64,000 bases of DNA from a virus: IMG/VR virus record IMGVR_UViG_3300003322_000414, positions 6,855 through 70,854 of that record. One strand, 5' to 3'. This document shows positions 55,487-64,000 of this stretch, piece after piece. A program made the position numbers and the translations under genes. The notes beneath the pieces were generated by a model. That model ran no database searches. It had not been told where the DNA came from and saw only the letters and a list, made by a program, of their open reading frames with translations. Numbering within the stretch: the first letter of the stretch is position 1; each line of letters begins with the position of its first letter.

Positions 55487-57092
55487 TCGAGAGGTTGCAG
55501 ACTACCTCCAGCAGGTTGCGGACTTCTTCTGCGAGGGCGACAAGGAGCTGATGCGGCACCTGCTGGGCACATCGGCTGGACGCCGGTACCTGACGATGGA
55601 CGAGCCGCTGCTGTTCGCCCTGACGTACATGACCAACTCCCTCAAGATGCCTGCGCCCATGGAGGACCTGGCCGAAGGGGCGGAGTCCGATGTCGGCGTT
55701 ATCTCCATGTCGGAGTTCCACTGGGAGATCTGCGAGAAGGCGCGCGAGTGGAGCGAGAAGCCCGCTGGTCAGTTCGGACCGGCGGAGATGCGGGACGCCT
55801 TCATCGCGCCCCGAGATGCCGGCAAGTCCACATGGCTGTTCAAGCTCCTGCCGATGTGGGCGGCTGCACACGGGCATGTGTCGTTCGTTGCGGCGTTCGC
55901 CGACTCCGGGCCGCAGGCCAAGAAGCACCTGTCGTCGTTCAAGCGCGAGCTGGAGACCAACGCGCTACTCCAGCGCGACTTCCCTGATCTGTGCCAGCCC
56001 CTGAAGCGGCGTGGCAACGTCAACGTGTCCGACACCCAGGACTTGTACCAGGCGCAGTCGGGATTCGTGTTCGCAGCTGGAGGCGCAGACGTCTCCGTCC
56101 TGGGTATGAAGGTCGAGGACAAGCGTCCGGACCTGCTGATCCTGGACGACCTGGAGCCGGACGAGGCAAGCTACTCGGACTACCAGATGCAGCAGCGCCT
56201 GGGCACTCTGACCGACGCCATCCTGCCGCTCAACATCCGAGCTCGCGTCATCCTGGCTGGCACCGTCACCATGCCCGGCTCGATCACGCACCAGTTGATC
56301 AAGGCGCACCAGGCCCGCGAGGGGCACCTGTCCGAGGACGAGATCGAGGAGTGGATCAAGACCGAGAAGTTCAAGGTCCACCACTTCAAGCCGATCAAGG
56401 TGGACGACGAGGGCAACGAGTCCAGCCTGTGGCCGGAGAAGTGGCCGATGGACTGGCTCAACACGGTGCGCCACACCCGGTCGTTCGCCAAGAACTACGA
56501 GAACAACCCGCTCGCGATCGATGGCCAGTACTGGACGCGGGACGACTTCACGTACGGCTCTGTTGACTGCGCGATCACGGTGCTGTCCGTCGACGGTGCG
56601 GTGACCGACAACAAGAAGTCGGACTTCACAGGGCTGGCCGTCGTTGGCGCCACGCCTCACAAGCCTGGAGACCCGCGTCGGCGCTGCGAGGTCAAGTACG
56701 CCGTGGGCGTCAAGCTCCTGGGCAAGGCGCTGCGACAGCGCATCCTCAAGATCCTGGAGATGTACCCCGAGATCAAGGTGATCATGGTCGAGGCGAACCA
56801 GGGTGGCGAGCTCTGGCGCGAGGTCATGCACGACATGCCGGTCAAGGTGGTGCTGTTCAACAACTCGGAGCCCAAGGAGGTCCGGGCCGGTAAGGTCCAT
56901 GCCTACTACCAGCGCATCCCGACCCGCGTCCTGCACACGGCAAGGCACCAGCAGGCCGAGGAGAACATGGTGGGCTTCCCCAAGCTCAAGCACGACGACA
57001 TCGTGGACGCCGTGGGCAACGCCGTCCTCAAGCTCCTCGGAGCGCCCAAGGGCACGCCCAAGCCCAGGGTGAGCTCTGGGTCTTATGCATAG
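55476..57092 (+). CDS. terL: terminase large subunit
   Basis: APRDAGKS Walker A, LLILDDLE Walker B, SVDGA and HDDIVDA nuclease motifs. Confidence 0.92.
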   Translation: MRISREVADYLQQVADFFCEGDKELMRHLLGTSAGRRYLTMDEPLLFALTYMTNSLKMPAPMEDLAEGAESDVGVISMSEFHWEICEKAREWSEKPAGQFGPAEMRDAFIAPRDAGKSTWLFKLLPMWAAAHGHVSFVAAFADSGPQAKKHLSSFKRELETNALLQRDFPDLCQPLKRRGNVNVSDTQDLYQAQSGFVFAAGGADVSVLGMKVEDKRPDLLILDDLEPDEASYSDYQMQQRLGTLTDAILPLNIRARVILAGTVTMPGSITHQLIKAHQAREGHLSEDEIEEWIKTEKFKVHHFKPIKVDDEGNESSLWPEKWPMDWLNTVRHTRSFAKNYENNPLAIDGQYWTRDDFTYGSVDCAITVLSVDGAVTDNKKSDFTGLAVVGATPHKPGDPRRRCEVKYAVGVKLLGKALRQRILKILEMYPEIKVIMVEANQGGELWREVMHDMPVKVVLFNNSEPKEVRAGKVHAYYQRIPTRVLHTARHQQAEENMVGFPKLKHDDIVDAVGNAVLKLLGAPKGTPKPRVSSGSYA

Positions 57093-57218
57093 AGGCGAGA
57101 AGGGCAAGGTATCATTGGGCCCATTGCGCAGCAATGCGATGCCAGCCCTGAGTGGGGCGCTACAGCCCTGGCTTGGGGCGTCTCCCTCCCCTTGCCTGTC
57201 AACCCGTGAGGAGGGGAG

Positions 57219-58772
57219 ATGCCCAACAAGAAGCTGCTCAGGGAAGCGCTCAAGGAGCTGGACTGCGCCATCCCTGGCTACGTCGAGGCCGACCGGTTCT
57301 ACAAGGGCACGTTCGTCGAGCCGTTCCAGTCGCTGGTGATGCAGCGCCTGCTGGTCCGCAAGGAAGTCAACTACAAGGCCGTGCTGAGCGCTGTGCCGGT
57401 TGACGCCGTTGTGGAGAAGCTGGAGATCGTCGACATCCAGTCCTCGGACGAGGAGGTCACGGACTTCCTTCAGGAGGAGGTCTGGAAGGCGAACCAGCTG
57501 CAGTTCGTCCACAAGACGGCGATCCTCGCGGCCGAGAAGTTCGGCGACGCCTACATCTTCATGTGGCCGGAGTACGACTACGAAGAGCAGGTCGTCACCG
57601 AGGAGACCGCGCCCGCAGAGGGCGAAGAGGCGCAGCTGGTCATGACCGGCATCGTGGCGTCGTACCAGAGCCCCATGAAGGTACGGGTGTTCTACGACGA
57701 CATGAACCCCGCGCTCAAGACCCACGCCGTCAAGCGCAAGAAGACCGGCAAGGGCAAGCAGGAGTGCGCGTGGCTGTACCTCGCGGACGGCACAATCGAG
57801 TACTACGAGACCCCGGTCAACAAGTGCGGCATCGACGACTTCGAGTACGTCGAGGACGTGGACAACCCGACCGGCGAGATCCCGTTCATCCACCTGCGCA
57901 ACGACCTGCCTTACGGATGCCCGCTCCACAAGAACGCCTATGGGCCGCAGAACCAGATCACCAAGTTCCTCGTGAACGAGGTGTCGGGCTCGGACTTCAA
58001 CGCCTTCCCGCAGCGGTACGCGCTCGCCAAGACCCGAGGCACCAGCACGGGCGGCGACGACATCGACTGGTCGGGGCAGGACGACACCCTGCCGGACCGG
58101 GAAGAGAACGTCGTGAGCAAGCTGGTGTCCGGACCGGGGCGCATCTGGGACCTGTCGGGCTTCGACTCGGTGGGCCAGTTCGCCAGTGCGGACGTGGAGC
58201 AGTACCTCAAGCCGCTGGAGAAGGCGGTTCAGCTGATGGCCGCCGCCACGAACACGCCGGTCTACTACTTCACCGCTGACAGCACGGGCGGGGGCACGCC
58301 CACCGGCGAGTCCATCCGTCAGCGCGACGCGCGGCTGAACACGAAGACCGAGTGGCAGCAGAAGCTCCTGGACTCCCAGTTCGACGAGATGCTGACCATG
58401 GCCGTTGAGATGGCGTTCGACACGCTGCCCGACGACCTGTCCATCTCGATCAAGTGGAAGCCGATCGAGTACGTGCCCGAGTCGGAGAAGCTGGACCTCA
58501 TCCAGAAGAAGATCGACCTGGGCATCCCTGCGGCCGTGGCCTTCGCCGAGGCAGGCTACGACGAGGCCACAGTGGAGATGTGGCTGGCCGGTCAGCCCAA
58601 CGATGCCGAGCTCCTGCGTCGCGTGACGCTGCTCAACACGATGGGCGATGCCGTACAGAAGCTGGGCACTGCGGCCACGCTCGGCATCGACATGACCCAG
58701 GCCAACGAGCTCATCCAGAACCTGTTCATCGATCTCGCGGGACTCCGCGAGTCCGACACGGAAGAGGCATGA
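57219..58772 (+). CDS. portal protein
   Basis: 517 aa after terL; SPP1-type features (IPFIHLRN, PQRYA, TGESIR). Confidence 0.88.
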   Translation: MPNKKLLREALKELDCAIPGYVEADRFYKGTFVEPFQSLVMQRLLVRKEVNYKAVLSAVPVDAVVEKLEIVDIQSSDEEVTDFLQEEVWKANQLQFVHKTAILAAEKFGDAYIFMWPEYDYEEQVVTEETAPAEGEEAQLVMTGIVASYQSPMKVRVFYDDMNPALKTHAVKRKKTGKGKQECAWLYLADGTIEYYETPVNKCGIDDFEYVEDVDNPTGEIPFIHLRNDLPYGCPLHKNAYGPQNQITKFLVNEVSGSDFNAFPQRYALAKTRGTSTGGDDIDWSGQDDTLPDREENVVSKLVSGPGRIWDLSGFDSVGQFASADVEQYLKPLEKAVQLMAAATNTPVYYFTADSTGGGTPTGESIRQRDARLNTKTEWQQKLLDSQFDEMLTMAVEMAFDTLPDDLSISIKWKPIEYVPESEKLDLIQKKIDLGIPAAVAFAEAGYDEATVEMWLAGQPNDAELLRRVTLLNTMGDAVQKLGTAATLGIDMTQANELIQNLFIDLAGLRESDTEEA

Positions 58773-59224
58773 CCATGAACCCGGAGAGCATCCTGCACGA
58801 GCGGGGCAACGTGGCCGTTGTCGTCCACAAGAACCAGCTCAGCCGCGAGGAGAAGGACGCGGTGCGCTACAGCGACGACATCGTCGCCATGGGCGACTAC
58901 TTCGGCTTGCTGATCCAGGAGGAGCCGGAGGACATGGCCGCCTTCGACGCGCACCACACGCCCGAGCCGGGGCACGTCTGCGACAACAACGACGATTGCG
59001 AGTTCCACGAGTACCAGGGTCCCAAGGACGAGGAGCCGGTCGTCGAGCCGGTCATGCCGCCCAACACGCCGACGATCCCCGACGAGCTGGAGGGCCTGAC
59101 CGTCGCCCAGCTCAAGGAGATCGCGGAGACCGAGGAGATCGACATCTCCGACGTCAAGCTGAAGGCCGACATCGTCGGTCGCATCTGGGGCGCGCGGGAG
59201 ATGCGCGCCGAACAGGAGGGCTGA
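58769..59224 (+). CDS. acidic protein with C-terminal HeH/Rho-N-like motif
   Basis: LTVAQLKEIAE..ISDVKLKADIVGRI. Confidence 0.6.
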   Translation: MTMNPESILHERGNVAVVVHKNQLSREEKDAVRYSDDIVAMGDYFGLLIQEEPEDMAAFDAHHTPEPGHVCDNNDDCEFHEYQGPKDEEPVVEPVMPPNTPTIPDELEGLTVAQLKEIAETEEIDISDVKLKADIVGRIWGAREMRAEQEG

Positions 59225-59228
59225 CACC

Positions 59229-60278
59229 ATGGCCGACCCGATCAACTCTGAGGAGCTGCTGAAGCTCATCCAGGAGAAGCAGATCGCCGCGATCCAGGGC
59301 ATCGAGGACAAGGCGATCAAGGCCGCCACCGAGAAGCGCTACAAGGCGATCGACGACGCGATCGGGTCGGCCACCTCCAACTGGATCAAGGCGTTCGGCT
59401 CGCCGGGCGCAGCAGGAACGGGAGCGCCGCTGTCGGACATGATCCGAGCGGCGCTCTCCGCCAGCAACGGCGCGCTCAAGGGCCTGGAGGGCTCGGTCAT
59501 CTCCGCCCTGTCCGAAGCCGTAGGATCGGCTGTAACGACAGCGGCCGAGCAGGGGAAGGACTTCGTCCGGGCCGCCACCGGCAAGTCGGCAGCTGCCAAC
59601 GTAGCGACGCCTGCGGTGTCTCTCGCCGACGAGCGTAAGGCCGTGGCTGCCGCCGTGAAGGAGGGCGAGTCCGCTTTCAAGAAGCTGTTGCGTCGTCCTG
59701 TTGTCGAGCGGCTCGGGCTCCGAGGCATCCTGGCTGGACTCCGACAGGCGCGCAATGTCCTGGGTCGCGCCAAGGCGACAATCACCACTTCGGTTAACGC
59801 GAACGTTGAGCGCACCATGCGCGCCACGTCTACCGCCAACAAGGCTCCATTCGAGTTGTGGGTGGCAGAGCGAGACGCCTGTGTCCGGTGCTCGGCATAT
59901 GCAGGCCGACTGGTGAAGACCGGCGAGGACTTCCCCGGTGGACTGTCGTGGGATCCGAATCAGCGCGACAAGAATGCACCAGACGTCCGTCCACCGCTTC
60001 ATCCACATTGTCGTTGCAGGCTCGTACCTTGGAATCCAGCGTGGGCCAAGGAAGGCGAGGTAAGCTTGCCAGACGCGGTCGCAAGAGAGGCGCAGCGATC
60101 GGTGGCAAGGGGATTCTCGCTTCCGAGCGAATCCAATGCCTCCCGAATTCGAGCGCTGAAGGAATTGCTGCAGAACGGCAGTCCCCAACTTCCCAAGACC
60201 GTGCTCGAGAGGGCTCAACGCGATCTCAAGCGTGGAGAGTTCGCTCGGGGCCGGAGTGTTCCGACCAGTAACCCGTGA
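59229..60278 (+). CDS. MuF-like minor capsid protein
   Basis: AERDACVRC and RPPLHPHCRCRL. Confidence 0.85.
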   Translation: MADPINSEELLKLIQEKQIAAIQGIEDKAIKAATEKRYKAIDDAIGSATSNWIKAFGSPGAAGTGAPLSDMIRAALSASNGALKGLEGSVISALSEAVGSAVTTAAEQGKDFVRAATGKSAAANVATPAVSLADERKAVAAAVKEGESAFKKLLRRPVVERLGLRGILAGLRQARNVLGRAKATITTSVNANVERTMRATSTANKAPFELWVAERDACVRCSAYAGRLVKTGEDFPGGLSWDPNQRDKNAPDVRPPLHPHCRCRLVPWNPAWAKEGEVSLPDAVAREAQRSVARGFSLPSESNASRIRALKELLQNGSPQLPKTVLERAQRDLKRGEFARGRSVPTSNP

Positions 60279-61171
60279 GGTATGCACACATGATGAAGAA
60301 CCTTCTCCGTCCTGGCCTGTCGGCCGCCAAGGCTGCCAGGGCCGGTCGCGACCTCCTGGAGGCCGCCGGTCTGGACGAGTACGAGCCTGGGTGGGCTCAC
60401 CCTTACAGCTCCACCGACCCCTTCATGCCCTGGCACGCCGACGGCGGCGACGAGGACGACGACGAGGGCGACGAGGACGAGGAGGACGACAAGGGTGAGG
60501 AGGACGACGAGGAAGACGATGACGACGACGAGGACAAGGGCAAGTCGCCCGAGGAGCTCGCCGCCGAGGTCAAGCGTCTCCGTGCCGCCTACCTCAAGAA
60601 GCTGAAGAACTCCAAGAACCGGGGTACCCGGCTGCGCGAGGCGGAGACCGCCAAGGCCAAGCTGGAGGGCGACCTCGCCACTCTCCAGGAGCAGCTCGAC
60701 GAGCTCAAGAAGACTGCCGGCAAGGAGGTCGACTCCGAGGCCGCGCAGCGCCGGATCAACGAGCTCGTGGAGAAGGCCAAGGAGGAGGGGCGTGAGGCGT
60801 TCAAGCCGACCGTCATCCGCATGGCCGCCCGTGCCGAGCTCATGGCGGCCGGTGCGCGTCCGGCTCTGGTGGACCGTCTCGTCCGGATGATCGACGTCAA
60901 CGAGGTCGACATCGACGACGAGGACGGGACCATCGACGTCACCGACCAGGTCGACAGCCTCAAGAAGGACATGCCCGAGATGTTCGGGCCGAAGCGTCAG
61001 ACCACCAAGCGCACGACCCGCCGGACCTCCGGCGACGGCGACGGCAAGGGCGCGGGGACCGGCAAGGGTTCCGCCCGCAAGGCCGGTGGCGGTGGCGGGA
61101 GCGACGAGGGCGCGGGCGACGAGAAGCTCACGGCTGCACAGAAGGTCGCGAACCGACTCCGGGGCCTGTAA
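60275..61171 (+). CDS. capsid scaffolding protein (start uncertain)
   Basis: Acidic tract, coiled coil, KKDMPEMF; directly before the major capsid gene. Confidence 0.75.
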   Translation: MRYAHMMKNLLRPGLSAAKAARAGRDLLEAAGLDEYEPGWAHPYSSTDPFMPWHADGGDEDDDEGDEDEEDDKGEEDDEEDDDDDEDKGKSPEELAAEVKRLRAAYLKKLKNSKNRGTRLREAETAKAKLEGDLATLQEQLDELKKTAGKEVDSEAAQRRINELVEKAKEEGREAFKPTVIRMAARAELMAAGARPALVDRLVRMIDVNEVDIDDEDGTIDVTDQVDSLKKDMPEMFGPKRQTTKRTTRRTSGDGDGKGAGTGKGSARKAGGGGGSDEGAGDEKLTAAQKVANRLRGL

Positions 61172-61307
61172 GTCAAATCCCGGTGCATGGGGTATCATTA
61201 CCCCGAGCACGTCACGGCCAAGTGCCGAGTGCAGCAGCCCTGGGTGGGGCAACCCCTCACCTGGGGCTGTATGCATTTCTACCTACGTCTCCCGGAAGGA
61301 GCCCAGC

Positions 61308-62381
61308 ATGGATTACTCCATGGAAGAGTGGGCGGCACGCAAGGCCGAGTTCGCGGCCCAGCGCGCGGCCCAGGTCGTCTGGACCGAGTTCGAGCCCGGC
61401 GACATCGTCGGCTACCGCAAGAACGGCCAGCCGATCTACCACGTCGTCGGTGGTGCGGCCGACAACTTCGACGACTGGATCCCGGAGGAGACCGACTCCG
61501 CCGTCATCCAGCGCGTCAACCAGGTCTCGGCGGTCGAGGCGTGGGCGCGTCACACGCCCATGGCCACGGCCACCAAGAAGGAGCCGCGCTCCTCGGGCAT
61601 GGAGGTCAAGACCCTCGGCAAGTCGGGTCAGTACACCTCCAGCAACGACGAGAACGACGACGTCCTGCTCACCGCCCGCAAGCACACCGGTCTCCTGACC
61701 GTGGCGGAGGAGGACCTCAACGACTCGGCGGCCGACATCATCGCGGCCAAGGAGCGGGACTGGGCCACCAGCTACGCGAAGTACTTCGACAACGCGACGC
61801 TCGCGACCTCCGCTGCGGAGAACGCGCCGACCGTCCCGTACACGTCGGTCTACTACGCGCTGACCCAGACCAACGCCACGACCGGCTACACCGCCAACGA
61901 CAACATCGTCGGCACGGTCACGGCGGGCGAGGTCACGTACGACGAGCTCTCGGAGGCCCTGGGCCGGTACGAGGACGGCGACTACTTCGACGAGTCGATG
62001 TCCATCGTCATCGCGCACCCGACCTTCCGCAAGCAGCTCCGCCAGATCAAGGACGACCAGGGCCAGCCGATCTTCGTGCGGGGTCAGGGCGGCGACCGGG
62101 GCACCCCGGACACCGTCTTCGACATCCCCGTCCGCTGGTCGAACGGCTGCCGCCTGTCCGCCACGGCCACGGCTTCGCCCACGGGTGCGCCGATCATGGT
62201 CTTCGGCAACCGGGACTTCCTGATCGTCGGCGACCGCTCCACCGTCGAGACCCAGCCGATCCCGGCCGCGATCTCCACGACGGACGAGGCGAACGTCAAG
62301 ATCCGCGTCCGCAAGGGCTTCGCCATCGGTCACGAGAAGGCGTTCGCCATCCTCGTGGACGACGGCTCCGCCCTGAGCTGA
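61308..62381 (+). CDS. major capsid protein (HK97 fold)
   Basis: AAGGAG RBS; HPTFRKQLRQIKDDQGQPIF, FDIPV and VFGNR motifs. Confidence 0.88.
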   Translation: MDYSMEEWAARKAEFAAQRAAQVVWTEFEPGDIVGYRKNGQPIYHVVGGAADNFDDWIPEETDSAVIQRVNQVSAVEAWARHTPMATATKKEPRSSGMEVKTLGKSGQYTSSNDENDDVLLTARKHTGLLTVAEEDLNDSAADIIAAKERDWATSYAKYFDNATLATSAAENAPTVPYTSVYYALTQTNATTGYTANDNIVGTVTAGEVTYDELSEALGRYEDGDYFDESMSIVIAHPTFRKQLRQIKDDQGQPIFVRGQGGDRGTPDTVFDIPVRWSNGCRLSATATASPTGAPIMVFGNRDFLIVGDRSTVETQPIPAAISTTDEANVKIRVRKGFAIGHEKAFAILVDDGSALS

Positions 62382-62423
62382 TCCGCGTAAGGCCGCGTAC
62401 GCCCGCGTAGCGGCCTGCGAGCG

Positions 62424-62456
62424 ACGGCCCGGCCCCTTTCACCGGGACCGGGCCGT
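62424..62456 (+). terminator. hairpin terminator after the capsid gene
   Basis: ACGGCCCGG / CCGGGCCGT followed by TCGTTCGTT. Confidence 0.55.
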
Positions 62457-62507
62457 TCGTTCGTTACGCGCCCACCTAGACCGCTCTACGAGGCCGAGGA
62501 GGCCGAG

Positions 62508-62996
62508 GTGTCAACTCCCGCCGAGGACTGCGCTGAGACCTGGGCCACTCCGGCAGAGGCGTCCGCCATCACTGGTGTGGCGATCTATCAGAGCGACCTG
62601 TGCACCGCGCAGTCCATCATCGACTTGTTCACAGACCTTCACTACGGACTGCTGGACAGCCTCCAGCCGCGCACGCTGCGCATCCTGAAGCAGGCTGTCT
62701 CCTGGCAGGCCAAGTGGCAGAAGGAGCAAGGTGTCGACGACTTCGGCACCGGCACCGAGAAGCAGAGCGAGTCGCTCGGCGACTACAGCTACACCAATGG
62801 CTCCGGCGGTTCGGGGTCGGGCGGCAGCTCGGAGGATTCCGCGATGCTTGCACCGATCGCGCAGCGCTGGATCACCAAGCTCAACTGGAAGCGCACCCGC
62901 ACCATCGATCCGCTGACTCCGAGCGAGAAGGTGCTCGTCGAGAACGGTGACCTGGAGGGCGTCTTCCCCTGGATCCCGCGAGGTGATCTCGGATGA
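62508..62996 (+). CDS. head-to-tail adaptor
   Basis: SESLGDYSYT motif; position after the capsid gene. Confidence 0.75.
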   Translation: MSTPAEDCAETWATPAEASAITGVAIYQSDLCTAQSIIDLFTDLHYGLLDSLQPRTLRILKQAVSWQAKWQKEQGVDDFGTGTEKQSESLGDYSYTNGSGGSGSGGSSEDSAMLAPIAQRWITKLNWKRTRTIDPLTPSEKVLVENGDLEGVFPWIPRGDLG

Positions 62997-63334
62997 GCTT
63001 GGTGACGCACCTGCTCAAGCAGACCGCCGATGTCTATCGACGGACTGAAGTGTCGGACGGGCAAGGCGGAGTGACGTACTCCTATGCCCTGCTTGAGAGC
63101 GGACGCAGAGTCAAGATTGACCAGGCGTCCGCCAGGGAGCAGTTCGAGGCGGAGCAGGCTGGTGCATCCTTGACCCACAAGGTGTACCAAAACCATGACG
63201 ACGACATCCAGCGCGGCGATGAGTTTCGCCAGGGCTCGGATCGTTTCCGTGTGATGAACGTCGTCAAGCCCTCGACGCCCGGCGTGTACCTGCGCGCTGA
63301 CGTCGAGTTCATCCAGAGCGAGCAGGAGAGCTGA
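62993..63334 (+). CDS. head-to-tail stopper
   Basis: DGQGG, DIQRGDE, position. Confidence 0.75.
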   Translation: MSLVTHLLKQTADVYRRTEVSDGQGGVTYSYALLESGRRVKIDQASAREQFEAEQAGASLTHKVYQNHDDDIQRGDEFRQGSDRFRVMNVVKPSTPGVYLRADVEFIQSEQES

Positions 63335-63336
63335 TC

Positions 63337-63513
63337 ATGATGGATGCAGAGAAGCCCTCCCAGGAGGCGAAGCCGATCGGTCCCACAGAGGCACGAGAGC
63401 GGGCGGAAGCTGCTGCCCGTGCCGGCAAGTGGGACGAGTCCACTGCGTGGTCATTGCTCGGCCTGCTCGCTCTGGAGCGGCGAAACACAGGAGGAGGTCG
63501 ACGTGGGCATTAA
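63337..63513 (+). CDS. 58-aa hypothetical protein (not in the ORF track)
   Basis: Fills the gap between the stopper and gp10-like genes. Confidence 0.45.
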   Translation: MMDAEKPSQEAKPIGPTEARERAEAAARAGKWDESTAWSLLGLLALERRNTGGGRRGH

Positions 63514-63850
63514 CGCACGCGGCATCCGTGGCGCCCAGCAGCGCCTGCGTCGCCTGTCCGACCGGCTGGCCGGTGTGACGGACGATGCGATCAGCGAGTT
63601 CGCGGACGACGTCGCCAACCACATGAAGGGTGTCGTGCCGGTGGATACCGGCAGGCTGCGAGACTCCATCTCGAAGGAGAAGGCCGGAGACAGCTACACC
63701 GTCGGACCGCGCGGCGTGGAGTACGCCGCATACGTCGAGAACGGAACCAGCCGCTCACCGGCCCAGCCCTACGTAGCGCCGACGATCCAGTGGGCGCGTG
63801 CCAACGGTCCGAAGCGCATCGCGCGCCGCATCGAGGGAGAGATCAGCTGA
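63503..63850 (+). CDS. HK97 gp10-like tail-completion protein
   Basis: VPVDTGRLRDSI, EYAAYVENGT, AQPY. Confidence 0.85.
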   Translation: MGINARGIRGAQQRLRRLSDRLAGVTDDAISEFADDVANHMKGVVPVDTGRLRDSISKEKAGDSYTVGPRGVEYAAYVENGTSRSPAQPYVAPTIQWARANGPKRIARRIEGEIS

Positions 63851-64000
63851 TGTCGACTCCCACGGCTGCGGGACCATTCAACGAGCTTCTGGCGGGGCTG
63901 TACGCCACGCTGGATACCGGCCTGGATTCGGCCGGTGTGTACGACGACGTTCCTGAGCGAATCACCAAGCCATACGTCACGATGGGTGAGATGTTCTCCA
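63850..64000 (+). CDS. tail terminator (partial, runs off the window)
   Basis: Coupled TGATG start; GVYDDVP..PYVTMGE. Confidence 0.7.
   Translation, partial: MSTPTAAGPFNELLAGLYATLDTGLDSAGVYDDVPERITKPYVTMGEMFS

Overview
The window is most of a GC-rich, tailed (siphovirus-type) actinobacteriophage genome. A Streptomyces-like host is inferred, not proven. Layout: + strand tail, lysis, repeat-rich fibre and glycosyltransferase genes (1-11855); a long - strand arm for replication, recombination and nucleotide metabolism (12653-37553); a - strand early region of small promoter-gene-hairpin cassettes (37553-48400); a primase-helicase; a non-coding gap (~52270-52750); then + strand terminase, portal, capsid and head-tail genes (52747-64000). 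No integrase, tRNA or CRISPR array was seen. The main discovery is in the early region: six type II hammerhead ribozymes on the - strand (37569-43102). Each is fused directly to the Shine-Dalgarno of the next gene, so self-cleavage would leave a uniform 42-47 nt hairpin-capped 5' UTR. Two of them also mark the 3' ends of two paralogous, promoter-driven ~370-450 nt non-coding RNAs that I do not recognise. Other notable signals are a repeated GTAGCG-N18-TAWAGT promoter, strong enrichment of the palindrome TGCCGGCA, a three-member paralog family, a divergent ThyX with a possible nucleotide-modification cluster, and a virion-glycosylation-type cluster. All coordinates and counts were read by eye; no searches or folding programs were run.
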